This document shows, in pieces, positions 16,438 to 26,006 of a DNA stretch of 62,020 bases. The notes beneath the pieces are model-generated. The model had not been told where the DNA came from. It worked only from the letters and a program-made list of their open reading frames with translations, and made no database searches. Position 1 is the first letter of the stretch. The number at the start of each line of letters is the position of its first letter. The stretch is from an uncultured Gammaproteobacteria bacterium (GTDB lineage: Bacteria; Patescibacteriota; Patescibacteriia; UBA1558; GWA2-36-10). Made by a program: the position numbers and the translations under genes. Location: contig CAZILH010000002.1 of NCBI GenBank assembly GCA_964540095.1, forward strand, positions 1 to 62,020, in the 5' to 3' direction.

Positions 16438-17460
16438 ATGCGTCGAGCTTCAAAAAAATTAAGAATAATTATTTGGGTTTTATTTCTGGTCTGGTTTTTT
16501 TGGTGGTTAAAATTTGCCAATCATTATCCAAGCAAAATTACGCTCCAAGCCAAGCCGGATTTTTGGGGAGTCACTTATTCTTCCAAATTGGCGGTCAACT
16601 TGGGATTGGATTGGGGAGAGACATTCATACACATCATCGATGATCTGGGAGTCAAAAATGTCCGCCTGCCAATTTATTGGGACTGGATTGAAGAGGAAAA
16701 AAACGAATATGATTTTTATGCCTTTGACTACATGCTGGATCAGGGCCAACAGAGGAATGTTGATTTTATTGCCAACATTGGTTGGCGACTGCCGCGCTGG
16801 CCAGAGTGTCACTCGCCGGTTTGGCTTGATAAAAATGATGAAGCTAGCAGAAAAGCAGAAATTTTAAAAATGTTGAAAACAGTGGTAGAGCGCTATAAAG
16901 ATCGACCAGAAATTGTGGCTTGGCAGGTTGAAAACGAGCCCTTATTTGATTGGTTTGGCGAGTGTCCCAAAGGCGACAAGGAATTTTTGGAACAGGAAGT
17001 AGCTTTGGTAAGAAGTTTGGATAATAGGCCGATAATAATTTCCGCTTCTGGCGAGTTGAGCACTTGGCGTCAAGAAGCCAAAATTGGTGATATATTTGGC
17101 ACGACCATGTATCGAGTGGTGTGGAATAATTGGTTTGGCTATTTTCGTTATCCGTGGCCAGCTTGGTTTTATCCACTCAAGGCCAATTTAGTTGGTCTGC
17201 CAAAGCACAGAGTGGTAATTAGCGAACTGCAGGCCGAGCCCTGGGTGCCACACGGTTCTCTGATCACTTTAAAAAATGAAGAAATACAAAAATCATTGCC
17301 AATCAAGCAATTGTCTGCCAATTTGCAGTATGCTATAAATACCAACTTTGATCAGGCCTATTTATGGGGAGTGGAATATTGGTATGCCAAATATCAGCAA
17401 GGTGATCATAGTTATTGGAATTTTATGAAGCAAATTTTGAAAAGTGCTCGTTATGATTAG
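16438..17460 (+). CDS. Clan GH-A glycoside hydrolase (cellulase/GH5-like), membrane anchored
   Basis: VAWQVENEP acid/base motif and ISELQAEPW (possible nucleophile Glu). N-terminal TM segment. Confidence 0.55.
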   Translation: MRRASKKLRIIIWVLFLVWFFWWLKFANHYPSKITLQAKPDFWGVTYSSKLAVNLGLDWGETFIHIIDDLGVKNVRLPIYWDWIEEEKNEYDFYAFDYMLDQGQQRNVDFIANIGWRLPRWPECHSPVWLDKNDEASRKAEILKMLKTVVERYKDRPEIVAWQVENEPLFDWFGECPKGDKEFLEQEVALVRSLDNRPIIISASGELSTWRQEAKIGDIFGTTMYRVVWNNWFGYFRYPWPAWFYPLKANLVGLPKHRVVISELQAEPWVPHGSLITLKNEEIQKSLPIKQLSANLQYAINTNFDQAYLWGVEYWYAKYQQGDHSYWNFMKQILKSARYD

Positions 17461-17574
17461 CTATTTACATTAATAAAATATTATGTTCTAATATAATAAA
17501 TCTCCAAGAAGGGGATTTATTTGTTTTTTTCAGCTGATTTTGTTATAATTACCGCAATATTAATTTAAATTTTA

Positions 17575-19587
17575 GTGAATAGAGCAATAAAATTATTTAT
17601 TTGGCTAGTTGTTGTTAGTGTTGCCTATCCGGCAGCGGCTTTTCGTCAGGACTATACTCCAATTGACCCCTATCTTTTGCAACAAAGCTATTTGCGAACC
17701 ATTAATACTCAGGGCTCGTGGTCTTATCAATCCAAAGAAAACAAAGAAGTCGTGGTGGCTGTTTTGGACTCTGGTATTGATATCAGTCACCCAGATTTGG
17801 TCAATAATATCTGGATCAATAGTGACGAAATCCCTGGTGATGGACTAGATAATGATAGCAATAGTTATATTGATGATATTAATGGTTGGGATTTTGTGGA
17901 TAGCGACAATGAGCCAACACCAGTTTTGATTGAGGGGTATGATTATACAGCAGTAAATCACGGCACAGTAATTGCTGGTATTATTGCTGCTTCAGCCAAT
18001 GATGAGGGAATTGTAGGCATCAATCCTAAAGTAAAAATAATGGATTTGAGGATTTTGGATGCTAAGGGCACGGGTAATACTTTGGTTTTGTCGCAAGCGA
18101 TTGATTATGCTGTGGAAAATGGCGCTGCAATTATCAATCTTAGCTTGGTGGGCAAATCAATTGATGAGTCCTTAAAAAAATCTATTACCAATGCCTACAA
18201 TAGTGGCGTGATGATTGTGGCTGCCTCAGGCAACGAGAGTAAGAGTGGCATTGACCTAGATACAGAGCCAGCTTATCCAGTTTGTGATTTTGATAGTGTC
18301 AACAGAGTGCTGGGTGTGGCGGCTGTTGATAGTCAGAATAAATTATCAGTTTTTTCCAACTACGGTGAAAAGTGCATAGACATATCAGCACCGGGTGTAA
18401 ATATTTATTCTACTGTTTATCATGATTTGACGGACATCAATTTCAGCAGTTATTATCGTGGCGGTTGGTCTGGCACTTCGGTGGCTGCTCCGATGGTCAC
18501 TGGGGCGCTGTCTTTAATCAAAATGAATTATCCCAACTTGCGTCCAGCGGACATATATTCAATTTTGTTGTCTAGCTCCGATAGTTTGCAAGCAGCCAGT
18601 CCCTTGATTTACAAAAAATTAGGCAAAGGACTGCTCAATATTGGTGCCGCCTTAGATGCGGCTGATAAATATTACAACCAAACTATAAAATTAGTTTTGG
18701 CGCCGCAAGCTGGTTTAAGCCCAGAAATTTTGATCATGAATGATAAGGGCAATTTGTTGTCTTCGTTTTTGGCTTATGATAAAAAATTTAAAGGCGGAGT
18801 CAATATTTCTACCGGCGATTTAGACAACAATGGTTCTTATGAAATAGTGACCGCGCCATTATCAAAAGGTGGGCCGCATGTCAGAATTTTTTCCAATCAA
18901 GGATCACTGCTTAATGAATTTTTTGCTTATGACGCCAAGTATTCAGGGGGAGTCAATTTAGCTTTGGGTGATTTGTATGGTGATAAAAATAAACAAATAG
19001 TTACAGCACCAGTGACCGGTGGTTCGGAAATAAGAATTTTTAATTCCAGCGGTACATTATTACGCAGTTTTTTGGCTTATGATGCCAAGTTCAAAGGCGG
19101 TGTGAATGTAGCGGTTGGTGATATTGATAATGACGGTAAAGCGGAAATCATCACTGCTCCGGTCGCTATGGGCGGTCCGCATATCAAAGTATTCAACAGT
19201 GAAGGATTGCTTTTGTATCAATTTTTTGCCTATGACAAAAAAATGATCAAAGGAGTTTGGCTGACAGTTGGCGATGTTGATTTTGATGGTTGGCAAGATA
19301 TCATCGTTGTGCCAGCCAAAAATAGCGCGCCCCAAGTCAAAGCCTTTAATTTCAATGGTACACCACTTTACGACTTCATGGCCTATAGCCAGTATTTGAC
19401 GGTCGGCATTAGATTGCAAGCTCGCGATTTGTCTGGTGACTTGAGGCCAGAAATATTGGCCTTGCCCAACAAAGGATCATCGGCCTTGCTTCGAATATAC
19501 GACTACAATGGCTTAGAAAAAGACAGCGTGTATTTGCGAAATCCGCAAGACAAAAATGGCTATAATGTTGATATTTTAGTTGATTAA
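17575..19587 (+). CDS. Secreted S8 subtilisin-like peptidase with C-terminal FG-GAP/VCBS-like repeats
   Basis: Catalytic triad motifs VAVLDSGID, HGTVIAG and GTSVAAPMVTG. About seven FxAYDxKxxGGVN..GD.D.DG repeats. GTG start. Confidence 0.85.
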   Translation: MNRAIKLFIWLVVVSVAYPAAAFRQDYTPIDPYLLQQSYLRTINTQGSWSYQSKENKEVVVAVLDSGIDISHPDLVNNIWINSDEIPGDGLDNDSNSYIDDINGWDFVDSDNEPTPVLIEGYDYTAVNHGTVIAGIIAASANDEGIVGINPKVKIMDLRILDAKGTGNTLVLSQAIDYAVENGAAIINLSLVGKSIDESLKKSITNAYNSGVMIVAASGNESKSGIDLDTEPAYPVCDFDSVNRVLGVAAVDSQNKLSVFSNYGEKCIDISAPGVNIYSTVYHDLTDINFSSYYRGGWSGTSVAAPMVTGALSLIKMNYPNLRPADIYSILLSSSDSLQAASPLIYKKLGKGLLNIGAALDAADKYYNQTIKLVLAPQAGLSPEILIMNDKGNLLSSFLAYDKKFKGGVNISTGDLDNNGSYEIVTAPLSKGGPHVRIFSNQGSLLNEFFAYDAKYSGGVNLALGDLYGDKNKQIVTAPVTGGSEIRIFNSSGTLLRSFLAYDAKFKGGVNVAVGDIDNDGKAEIITAPVAMGGPHIKVFNSEGLLLYQFFAYDKKMIKGVWLTVGDVDFDGWQDIIVVPAKNSAPQVKAFNFNGTPLYDFMAYSQYLTVGIRLQARDLSGDLRPEILALPNKGSSALLRIYDYNGLEKDSVYLRNPQDKNGYNVDILVD

Positions 19588-19590
19588 ATT

Positions 19591-20289
19591 ATGAATATTT
19601 CTGTTGTTATTCCAGCTTTCAATGAGGCCACTGTGATTGCTGAGACCATAAAAAAAATAAAAAAATATTTGCAAAGCAACAATATCGTTGGTGAAATTAT
19701 AGTAGTTGATGATTGTTCTACTGATAGCACCTTGGCAGTTTTAAAAAATATTAGCGACATAAAAGTTCTTAAAAATTTGAGAAATCACGGTAAGGGTTAC
19801 TCGGTGCGCAAAGGAGTGCTGTCAGCCAAACAAGATTGGATTTTGTTTATGGACGCTGACAATTCTACTGACATTTCCGAGCTAGATAAATTTAGCAAAT
19901 ATTTATCTGATTATGATGTCTTGATTGCTTCTCGCGCTCTGCCAGAATCAAATATTGTTGTTAAACAAAATATAATAAAAATCACCTTGGGACGCTTGGG
20001 GAATTTAGTTATACGCTTGCTTATTGATCCTCGCATCAAAGACACTCAGTGTGGTTTTAAGCTTTTTAATAAAAAAGTTCAACCGCTGTTTAACAAAATA
20101 ACAATTGATGGATTTGGTTTTGATTTTGAACTCATTTGGTTAATCAAAAAAAATAATTTGCGTATCAAAGAAGTGCCGGTGACTTGGGTCAATGATTTTG
20201 CTTCTAGTGTCAAATGGTGGCACTACCCGAAAGTATTGGCTGAAGTGTTGGCAGTAAGAATTAATAATTTATTGGGAAAATATAATTAA
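19591..20289 (+). CDS. GT2 polyprenyl-phosphate glycosyltransferase (DPG/DPM-synthase-like)
   Basis: VVIPAFNE, VVDDCSTD, MDADNS and QCGFK motifs. Confidence 0.8.
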   Translation: MNISVVIPAFNEATVIAETIKKIKKYLQSNNIVGEIIVVDDCSTDSTLAVLKNISDIKVLKNLRNHGKGYSVRKGVLSAKQDWILFMDADNSTDISELDKFSKYLSDYDVLIASRALPESNIVVKQNIIKITLGRLGNLVIRLLIDPRIKDTQCGFKLFNKKVQPLFNKITIDGFGFDFELIWLIKKNNLRIKEVPVTWVNDFASSVKWWHYPKVLAEVLAVRINNLLGKYN

Positions 20290-20296
20290 TAAAAAT

Positions 20297-21343
20297 ATGT
20301 CCACAAAAATTTTAATGGAAAACAAAAATGTCTTAGTGCTGGGCGGGGCTGGCTTTATTGGTGCTCATCTTTGTGAAGAGCTAGTCAAAAAAGGAGACAA
20401 TGTAATTTGCGTTGATAATTTTGTGTCTAGTGATGTTGAAAATATTCGGACCCTGTTAGAGTACCCAAATTTTGAATTTGTTCGTCACAATATTACTAAG
20501 CATATTGATTATGAAGAATTACCAGAACTAAAGCGTTTCAAAGTTGATATTCAGGGTTTTCAAGAAATTTATAACTTGGCCTGTCCGACAGCGCCCAAAG
20601 ATTTTCTTAAATTTCCCGTACAAACCACCACAGCCAATTCAGTTGGCGTGATCAAAAGTTTGGAGTTAGCTAAAAGACACAAAGCTAAGTATTTACTAGC
20701 TTCATCTTCGGCGGTTTATGGACAGCCACCAGCCAACAGTGAACCGGTGCCTGAGGACTATATTGGTTTGTTGGATTTCTTGGGGCCACGCGCTTGTTAT
20801 AATGAGGGCAAAAGATTTGCGGAAATGGCCACGGCCGTTTATCGTGATAATTGCAAAGTGGACGCCAAAATTGCTAGAATTTTTAGCACCTATGGCCCAA
20901 AAATGTTGCAACACAGCGGTCGGCAGGTAGCTGATTTTATTCGGCAAGCAGTAGCCAATCAAGATGTCACTATTGCTGGTGGCAAAGATCTGACCATGAC
21001 TTTTTGCTATGTCAAAGATATTGTTGATGGCCTGATTAATTTGATGGCTTCAGAAATTACTAAACCAGTCAATATGGGTAGCGAAAAACCATATACCTTG
21101 ACCCAAGTGGCTGAAAAAATAATTAAATTCACCAATTCTAGTTCCAAAATTAACTACGGTGATCAGTATGCGCATTCTAATCAACCAACAACTCCGGATA
21201 TTTCTTTTGCTAAAAATGAGCTAAACTGGTTTCCCTTGGTTGATCTTGATGAAGGATTAAAGCTGGCTATTGATTATTACCGGGCTATATCTGTATTACA
21301 CGAGACAATTCAGGGTCAGGCCTATTCTGACACTGAGGAATAA
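20297..21343 (+). CDS. NAD-dependent sugar-nucleotide epimerase/dehydratase, UDP-glucuronate decarboxylase (UXS)-like
   Basis: GGAGFIGAHL Rossmann motif. YNEGKRFAE resembles the YxxxK catalytic motif of UXS. Confidence 0.75.
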   Translation: MSTKILMENKNVLVLGGAGFIGAHLCEELVKKGDNVICVDNFVSSDVENIRTLLEYPNFEFVRHNITKHIDYEELPELKRFKVDIQGFQEIYNLACPTAPKDFLKFPVQTTTANSVGVIKSLELAKRHKAKYLLASSSAVYGQPPANSEPVPEDYIGLLDFLGPRACYNEGKRFAEMATAVYRDNCKVDAKIARIFSTYGPKMLQHSGRQVADFIRQAVANQDVTIAGGKDLTMTFCYVKDIVDGLINLMASEITKPVNMGSEKPYTLTQVAEKIIKFTNSSSKINYGDQYAHSNQPTTPDISFAKNELNWFPLVDLDEGLKLAIDYYRAISVLHETIQGQAYSDTEE

Positions 21344-21382
21344 AATTAATTTAAAAGATCTATCTTTCTTTGCTAAAAAATT

Positions 21383-22033
21383 ATGAATGTTTTTGTGGTA
21401 ATCCCTAGCTGGAATGAAGCCAAAAATATTGGCGCTGTTTTGCAGTCACTGAAAAAATACGATTATCAAATAGTAGTGGTGGATGACGGCTCAACTGATC
21501 AAACTGCAAAAATAGCTCGAGATATGGGTGTGATGGTATTGCAACACGAAATAAATCGCGGTCAGGGGGCGGCGCTTTATACTGGCAATTTATACGCTTT
21601 AGCTCAGGGAGCAGATATTATTGTACATTTTGACTCAGATAGACAGTTTTTAGCGGAAGAAATTTCTCAAGTGATCGCACCGATAATTAAAAATCAGGCC
21701 GACATTGTTTTTGGTTCCAAATTTTTGCAAAATAACAAAATTCCTTGGCGGAAAAAGTTTTTTATTATTAAACCAGCAATTTATCTTAATAATTTTTTAA
21801 CTGGTCTGCCACTCACTGATGCTAACAATGGTTTTCGGGCCTTGAGCCGTCAGGCAGCGGAAAAGATTGAGATTAGGCAAGATGCCATGGCGCATAATAG
21901 TGAGATAGTCGCTAAGACTAAAAAATTAGGATTGCGCTACCAAGAAGTGCCAGTGACTATTATTTATCATAAATTTGGTCAGGGTTTTGGCGGTGGCTTA
22001 AAAATATTAATTGATTGGTTTTTTAAAAAATAA
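21383..22033 (+). CDS. GT2 glycosyltransferase (GtrB/ArnC-like)
   Basis: VVIPSWNE, VVDDGSTD and FDSDRQ. Confidence 0.75.
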   Translation: MNVFVVIPSWNEAKNIGAVLQSLKKYDYQIVVVDDGSTDQTAKIARDMGVMVLQHEINRGQGAALYTGNLYALAQGADIIVHFDSDRQFLAEEISQVIAPIIKNQADIVFGSKFLQNNKIPWRKKFFIIKPAIYLNNFLTGLPLTDANNGFRALSRQAAEKIEIRQDAMAHNSEIVAKTKKLGLRYQEVPVTIIYHKFGQGFGGGLKILIDWFFKK

Positions 22034-22034
22034 T

Positions 22035-22376
22035 ATGTTGATTTTACAAATTATTGTTTCAATTTTTGTGGCTAGCAATATTTGGCGGATTGTCAGTCAG
22101 TTAAAATCTCAAAAAATTACGGCCTCTAGTTTTGGTTGGTGGCTGATATTGTGGCTGATAGTGCTAGTGGTATTTTGGGCGCCTGATAGTACGGGATATT
22201 TAGCGCAACTCTTGGGAATTACTCGCGGAGCTGACTTGATGATTTATGCTTCAGTTTTGTTGATATTTTATTTGCTGTTCAAAATATTTATACGCTTAAA
22301 TAAAACAGACGAAGCAATCACCAAACTAGTTAGACAAAGAGCTTTGGAAGACAAAAACATTAATGAGCAAAAATAA
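22035..22376 (+). CDS. DUF2304-like small membrane protein
   Basis: Three TM segments plus the RGADLMIY..LVRQRALE pattern. Start moved to the ATG at 22035. Confidence 0.6.
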   Translation: MLILQIIVSIFVASNIWRIVSQLKSQKITASSFGWWLILWLIVLVVFWAPDSTGYLAQLLGITRGADLMIYASVLLIFYLLFKIFIRLNKTDEAITKLVRQRALEDKNINEQK

Positions 22377-23412
22377 AGTAGTTTTAATTATTGCTAGTTT
22401 TAACGGCCAAAAATATTGGCCGGATTTGTTGCCGGCTTTAAACAAAGAACATTATGCTGATTTTGATTTGGAGATTGTGGTAGTTGATAATAATTCTAGC
22501 GATAATAGCGCTGAATATATTCAAAATAATTTTCCTAATTTTAAGTTAATAAAATTATCAAAAAACGAAGGATTTGTCGGCGCTAATAACGCTGGCTATT
22601 TTTATGCTAAAGAAATTGGTGCCAAATATATTTATTTATTAAACCAAGATACAGTCATTACTAAAAATTTTTTACAGCCACTCCATGATTTTGCTGAAAA
22701 GAATAAATTTGGTAGCTTGCAGTCCAAAATTAATCTTTGGCCACAGAAAGACAAGCTTAACACTCTAGGCAATCAGATTCATTTCTTGGGTTTTGGTTAT
22801 GGCCTAAAAAGCGGACAACAGGATTTGCAACATTATAGCGTCAGAAAAATTAACTACTGTTCGGGCGCTGGGGTTTTTATCAATATGTTGGCCTTAGAAA
22901 AATTAGGTTATCTTTTTGATGATACCATGTTTGTCTATTTGGAAGATTTGGATTTGGGCTGGTCTTTGCAACTTTTGGGCTATGACAATTATCTGGTGCC
23001 GGCTAGTCAGATTTATCACAAATATGAATTTAGTCGGAGCATGCAGTCAGTCAATTGGTTTGAGCGTAATCGTTTGTGGGTTATGCTGAAGAATTATCAT
23101 GTTTTGACTTTGATATTAATTTTTCCAGCTTGGCTGGTGATGGAAATCGGTCAGCTGTATTTTGCCTGGAAAAACCACTACTTAACAAAAAAAATTAAGG
23201 CCTATGGTTTTATTTTTTCCTTTACTCAGTGGCAAAAATTACTATATTATAGAGCTTTGATACAGAATAATAGACAGCGCAATGATCATCAGGTAGTACT
23301 CAATTTTTCTGGCAAAATTAGGTTCCAAGCCCTAGATAGTTTATCCTTGCGTTTGGCCAACTTTTTCTTTAGTATATACTGGAGTTTAATTAAATTAATT
23401 ATAATTTGGTAA
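22363..23412 (+). CDS. GT2 glycosyltransferase (rhamnosyltransferase-like)
   Basis: VVVDNNSSDNS, NEGFVGANN and YLEDLDLGW. Confidence 0.75.
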   Translation: MSKNKVVLIIASFNGQKYWPDLLPALNKEHYADFDLEIVVVDNNSSDNSAEYIQNNFPNFKLIKLSKNEGFVGANNAGYFYAKEIGAKYIYLLNQDTVITKNFLQPLHDFAEKNKFGSLQSKINLWPQKDKLNTLGNQIHFLGFGYGLKSGQQDLQHYSVRKINYCSGAGVFINMLALEKLGYLFDDTMFVYLEDLDLGWSLQLLGYDNYLVPASQIYHKYEFSRSMQSVNWFERNRLWVMLKNYHVLTLILIFPAWLVMEIGQLYFAWKNHYLTKKIKAYGFIFSFTQWQKLLYYRALIQNNRQRNDHQVVLNFSGKIRFQALDSLSLRLANFFFSIYWSLIKLIIIW

Positions 23413-24554
23413 TGAAGATCGCGGTTGTTTGTTCAACTTTTCCGCCATACAGAGGAGGCATGGGCAATGTGGCTTATTATAATGCTTGGTATCTGGCTAC
23501 TCAGGGTCATCAGGTGACAGTATTCACGCCATTTTATAAGCGCCTCAAAAATGTCAAAGATGAATATCCGTTTAAAGTGGTGCGTTTGTATCCGTGGTTT
23601 AAATATGGCAATGCTGGATTTTTGCCGCAATTGATTTGGAAGCTCTGGAAGTTTGATATTATTCATTTGCACTATCCTTTTTTTGGCGGGGCGGAAATAA
23701 TTTATTTTCTAGATAAAATAAAAGATATAAAATTGGTGATCACCTACCACATGGATTCGATTAGTGCCGGTATATTTACTAAATTTTTGGGCTGGCATAC
23801 GGAGCATGTTTTACCACGCATTATTGATCGGGCTGATAAGGTTTTGGTGACATCTTGGGATTATGCCAAAAGTTCTGCTTTGCGAGATTGGATTGAGGCC
23901 GAGCCGGAAAAGTTTGTAGAATTACCGATTGGTGTCAATCATTTGCTTTTCAAACCGCGTTTTAGAGACAAGGATCTGACGGAACGCTACGATCTTTATG
24001 ACAAGCAGGTGGTTCTTTTTGTGGGAGCTCTAGATCGGCCGCATTATTTCAAGGGGGTTAATATTTTGATTCAGGCGATTTTTAAAATAAATGACAGTGA
24101 TGATTTTCGAGTTTTGATTGTTGGTGGCGGAGATATGTTGGACAGCTACAAAAGTTTAGCTGATAATTTGGGCTTGAGTAAAAAAATTATTTTTGTCGGT
24201 CGAGTCGATGATCAAGAATTACTAAAATATTATAGCTTAGCCGATATGTTGGTTTTGCCTTCTATTGATCGCTCGGAGGCCTTTGGTATTGTGGCTCTGG
24301 AGGCCATGGCTTGTGGCATACCAGTGATTGCTTCGGACTTGGCTGGTGTCCGGTCAGTAGTAGGCAAAAAAGAAACCGGCTTGTTGGTCAAACCGGGCAG
24401 TGTGCAAAATCTGACCGATATGATCCATACTTTGTTGAAAAATTCCAAGCTAGCCAGGACCTATGGTCAAGCTGGTCGGCAAAAAGTTTTGGATAATTAT
24501 ACTTGGGAGACAGTGGGTAAAAAATTAAATGAAATTATAAATAATTTGAGTTAA
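23412..24554 (+). CDS. GT4 (family 1 fold) glycosyltransferase
   Basis: EAFGIVALEAMACGIPVIAS (E-x7-E region). TAATG overlap with the upstream gene. Confidence 0.8.
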   Translation: MKIAVVCSTFPPYRGGMGNVAYYNAWYLATQGHQVTVFTPFYKRLKNVKDEYPFKVVRLYPWFKYGNAGFLPQLIWKLWKFDIIHLHYPFFGGAEIIYFLDKIKDIKLVITYHMDSISAGIFTKFLGWHTEHVLPRIIDRADKVLVTSWDYAKSSALRDWIEAEPEKFVELPIGVNHLLFKPRFRDKDLTERYDLYDKQVVLFVGALDRPHYFKGVNILIQAIFKINDSDDFRVLIVGGGDMLDSYKSLADNLGLSKKIIFVGRVDDQELLKYYSLADMLVLPSIDRSEAFGIVALEAMACGIPVIASDLAGVRSVVGKKETGLLVKPGSVQNLTDMIHTLLKNSKLARTYGQAGRQKVLDNYTWETVGKKLNEIINNLS

Positions 24555-24557
24555 TTG

Positions 24558-24775
24558 ATCCAGTTAGAAATTCACTAAAATAATATTTATGATATATAGT
24601 ATGGGTTATTTGTTAAAATTTTACTTTGGTAGTCAAAGATTTAATTATCTAAATTTCTATATGTTAAGGATGAATCCAGTTAGAAATTCACGAAACAATG
24701 TTTAGTAATATGTGTAAAAAATATTTGTTAAAATTTTACTTTGGTAGTCAAAGATTTAATTATCTAAATTTCTAG
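24558..24775. repeat. Tandem direct repeat, two units of about 116 bp, with a third partial unit running into the next gene
   Basis: Both units share an identical 18-bp head (atccagttagaaattcac) and an identical 52-bp tail (atttgttaaaattttactttggtagtcaaagatttaattatctaaatttcta). The middle of the unit has diverged. Confidence 0.85.
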
Positions 24776-24779
24776 CTGG

Positions 24780-26006
24780 ATGAAATTCGCGATTATTAGC
24801 AATTTATATCCGCCGCTTATTCGCGGTGGAGCAGAAATAATAGCGGCCCAAGAAGCCAAGGGTTTGAAAAATGCTTGGCAACATGTTTTTGTTGTTAGCT
24901 CCAAACCGCGGAGTATAAAAGTAAATGATCAAACTATTCGCGCGGATAATCATAATTTTTGGCTGGACGAAGAAGATGGCGTGGCTGTCTATCGCTTTGT
25001 GCCGATTAATATTTATTATTATATCAATGATTTTTTGCACGCTGCTCCTTGGCGATTAATTTGGCACATTATTGATACTTTTAATATTTTTTCTTATTGG
25101 CAAGTCAAGAAGATTTTACTTCGAGAAAAGCCCGATGTGGTTATTACTCACAATTTGATGGGCTTGGGTTTTTTGATTCCTTTGTTGATACGTCGTTTGG
25201 GTATCAAACATATTCATACAGTGCACGACGTGCAACTGGTCACTCCTTCTGGGCTAATTATCAAGGGCCAAGAAAATAATTGGCAACACCGTTTTTTTCA
25301 GTATCTTGGCTACCCGCGGCTTATGAAAAAATTATTTGCTTCACCAGATTTTGTTGTATCACCTTCGCAATATTTGTTGGATTTTTATACTAAGCGCGGT
25401 TTTTTCCCACAATCCCAAAAAAAAGTTATTTATAACCCAGCCGATGAAGCGCCAGATATCAAAAAAATAGTTAGTGAAAAATTAGAATTAGTTTATTTGG
25501 GTCAGATACACACTGCTAAGGGTGTGGTGCAATTGATAAAATTATTTAGTCAGTTGCCGCTCCAGCATGCGCGTTTGCATATCATTGGCGGTGGGCCTGA
25601 TGCTAAAAAAGCCAAAGCGGCTGCCAACAACGATCAACGGATTGTTTTTCATGGCTGGCTCAATCATGCCAAACTTTGGCCGTTATTGGGTCGGATGGAC
25701 GCTTTAGTTTTTCCTTCACTGTGTTATGAAAATTCTCCGACAGTAATTTATGAATCTTTGGCTTTGGGATTGCCGGTAGTTTGCGCTGATATTGGCGGAG
25801 CGGGCGAGTTGATCAAGGACAATTATAATGGCTGGAAGTTTCCGGCTGGTGATGAAGTGGCTTTGCAGAAAATTATTTCACACCTTTATGCGCATCGTGA
25901 TATTTTGTCAAAGTTAAAAGATAATTGCCAGGCCAGTGTGGCGGATTTTACTTTGGCCAATTATTGTCAAAAAATTATTGCTTTAGTCAATGAAGAAAAA
26001 AATTAA
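24780..26006 (+). CDS. GT4 glycosyltransferase
   Basis: YENSPTVIYESLALGLPVVCAD and GGAEII N-terminal motif. Confidence 0.8.
   Translation: MKFAIISNLYPPLIRGGAEIIAAQEAKGLKNAWQHVFVVSSKPRSIKVNDQTIRADNHNFWLDEEDGVAVYRFVPINIYYYINDFLHAAPWRLIWHIIDTFNIFSYWQVKKILLREKPDVVITHNLMGLGFLIPLLIRRLGIKHIHTVHDVQLVTPSGLIIKGQENNWQHRFFQYLGYPRLMKKLFASPDFVVSPSQYLLDFYTKRGFFPQSQKKVIYNPADEAPDIKKIVSEKLELVYLGQIHTAKGVVQLIKLFSQLPLQHARLHIIGGGPDAKKAKAAANNDQRIVFHGWLNHAKLWPLLGRMDALVFPSLCYENSPTVIYESLALGLPVVCADIGGAGELIKDNYNGWKFPAGDEVALQKIISHLYAHRDILSKLKDNCQASVADFTLANYCQKIIALVNEEKN

Noticed and set aside
24558-24775. Possible CRISPR array
   Set aside because: There are only two or three units, the period is about 116 bp, the variable part is homologous between units, and there are no cas genes. 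It is a tandem duplication, not repeat-spacer architecture.
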